Shown here piece by piece: positions 63,518 through 64,000 of a stretch of DNA of 64,000 nucleotides. How positions within the stretch are numbered: the first letter of the stretch is position 1; each line of letters begins with the position of its first letter. The stretch is from the NCBI RefSeq assembly GCF_001194135.2, contig NC_068983.1, positions 112,275,906 to 112,339,905 of the forward strand, read 5' to 3'. The stretch is from Octopus bimaculoides (taxonomy: Eukaryota). The translations under genes were made by a program, and so were the position numbers. Under the pieces are notes generated by a model. That model saw nothing but the letters and a program-made list of their open reading frames with translations, did no database searches and was not told where the DNA came from.

Positions 63518-63946
63518 TAATGTAAAAATATTATTATAGAAAATGATATTGTCTTTCTCTCACCACATTAGAATTTCTAATTAGGGTTTTTGGTGTTCCC
63601 TATATTGAATATTACACAAACAGCAATTTAATTACATTACTATGGTTCAATATAAATGTCATCATTGAATCATTGAGTAATATCATCATCATTATTTTAA
63701 TGTCCACTTTTCCATGTTCACATGGATTGGCCACAATTTGTTGAAGCAGATTTTCTATCATCAAATGCTCTTCTGCTCACCAACCCTCACATGTTTCCAA
63801 GGAATGTAATATTTCCCAATGATCAGATATAGTTTTGCAAAAAGACTGGAAATGAAGGACACCTCTTGCATGACAGTGACACTTGTTTACGACTAAAATG
63901 TATTGTCAAAGAGAAGGAAACAGTCACACACACACACACACACACA

Positions 63947-64000
<54 letters not shown>

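Overview
AT-rich, repeat-dense animal genomic scaffold with eight N gaps. The repeat families look like those I recall from Octopus/coleoid cephalopod genomes (inference, not verified). The only host gene I can support is a receptor-type (membrane) guanylyl cyclase on the minus strand. Three consecutive in-phase exons (61259-61110, 39279-39108, 34602-34462) encode the end of the kinase-homology domain and the dimerization helix; the catalytic exons are not visible. The rest is mostly transposon debris: several tRNA-headed SINE families, RTE LINEs, R4/Dong LINEs in (TAA)n, Penelope-like (PLE) RT and GIY-YIG relics, two convergent gag/ORF1 relics, mariner, Helitron and MITEs. The most interesting signal is a set of type I hammerhead ribozyme (HHR) motifs that no ORF explains. 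Four have an intact core and lie within about 1.2 kb (4405-5612): one with a long stem II, a tail-to-tail inverted pair, and one inside a TSD-flanked tRNA-headed SINE. Two more copies with a variant CUGUUGA core lie at 11.7 and 27.0 kb. All structures were read by eye; none were folded computationally or searched against databases.
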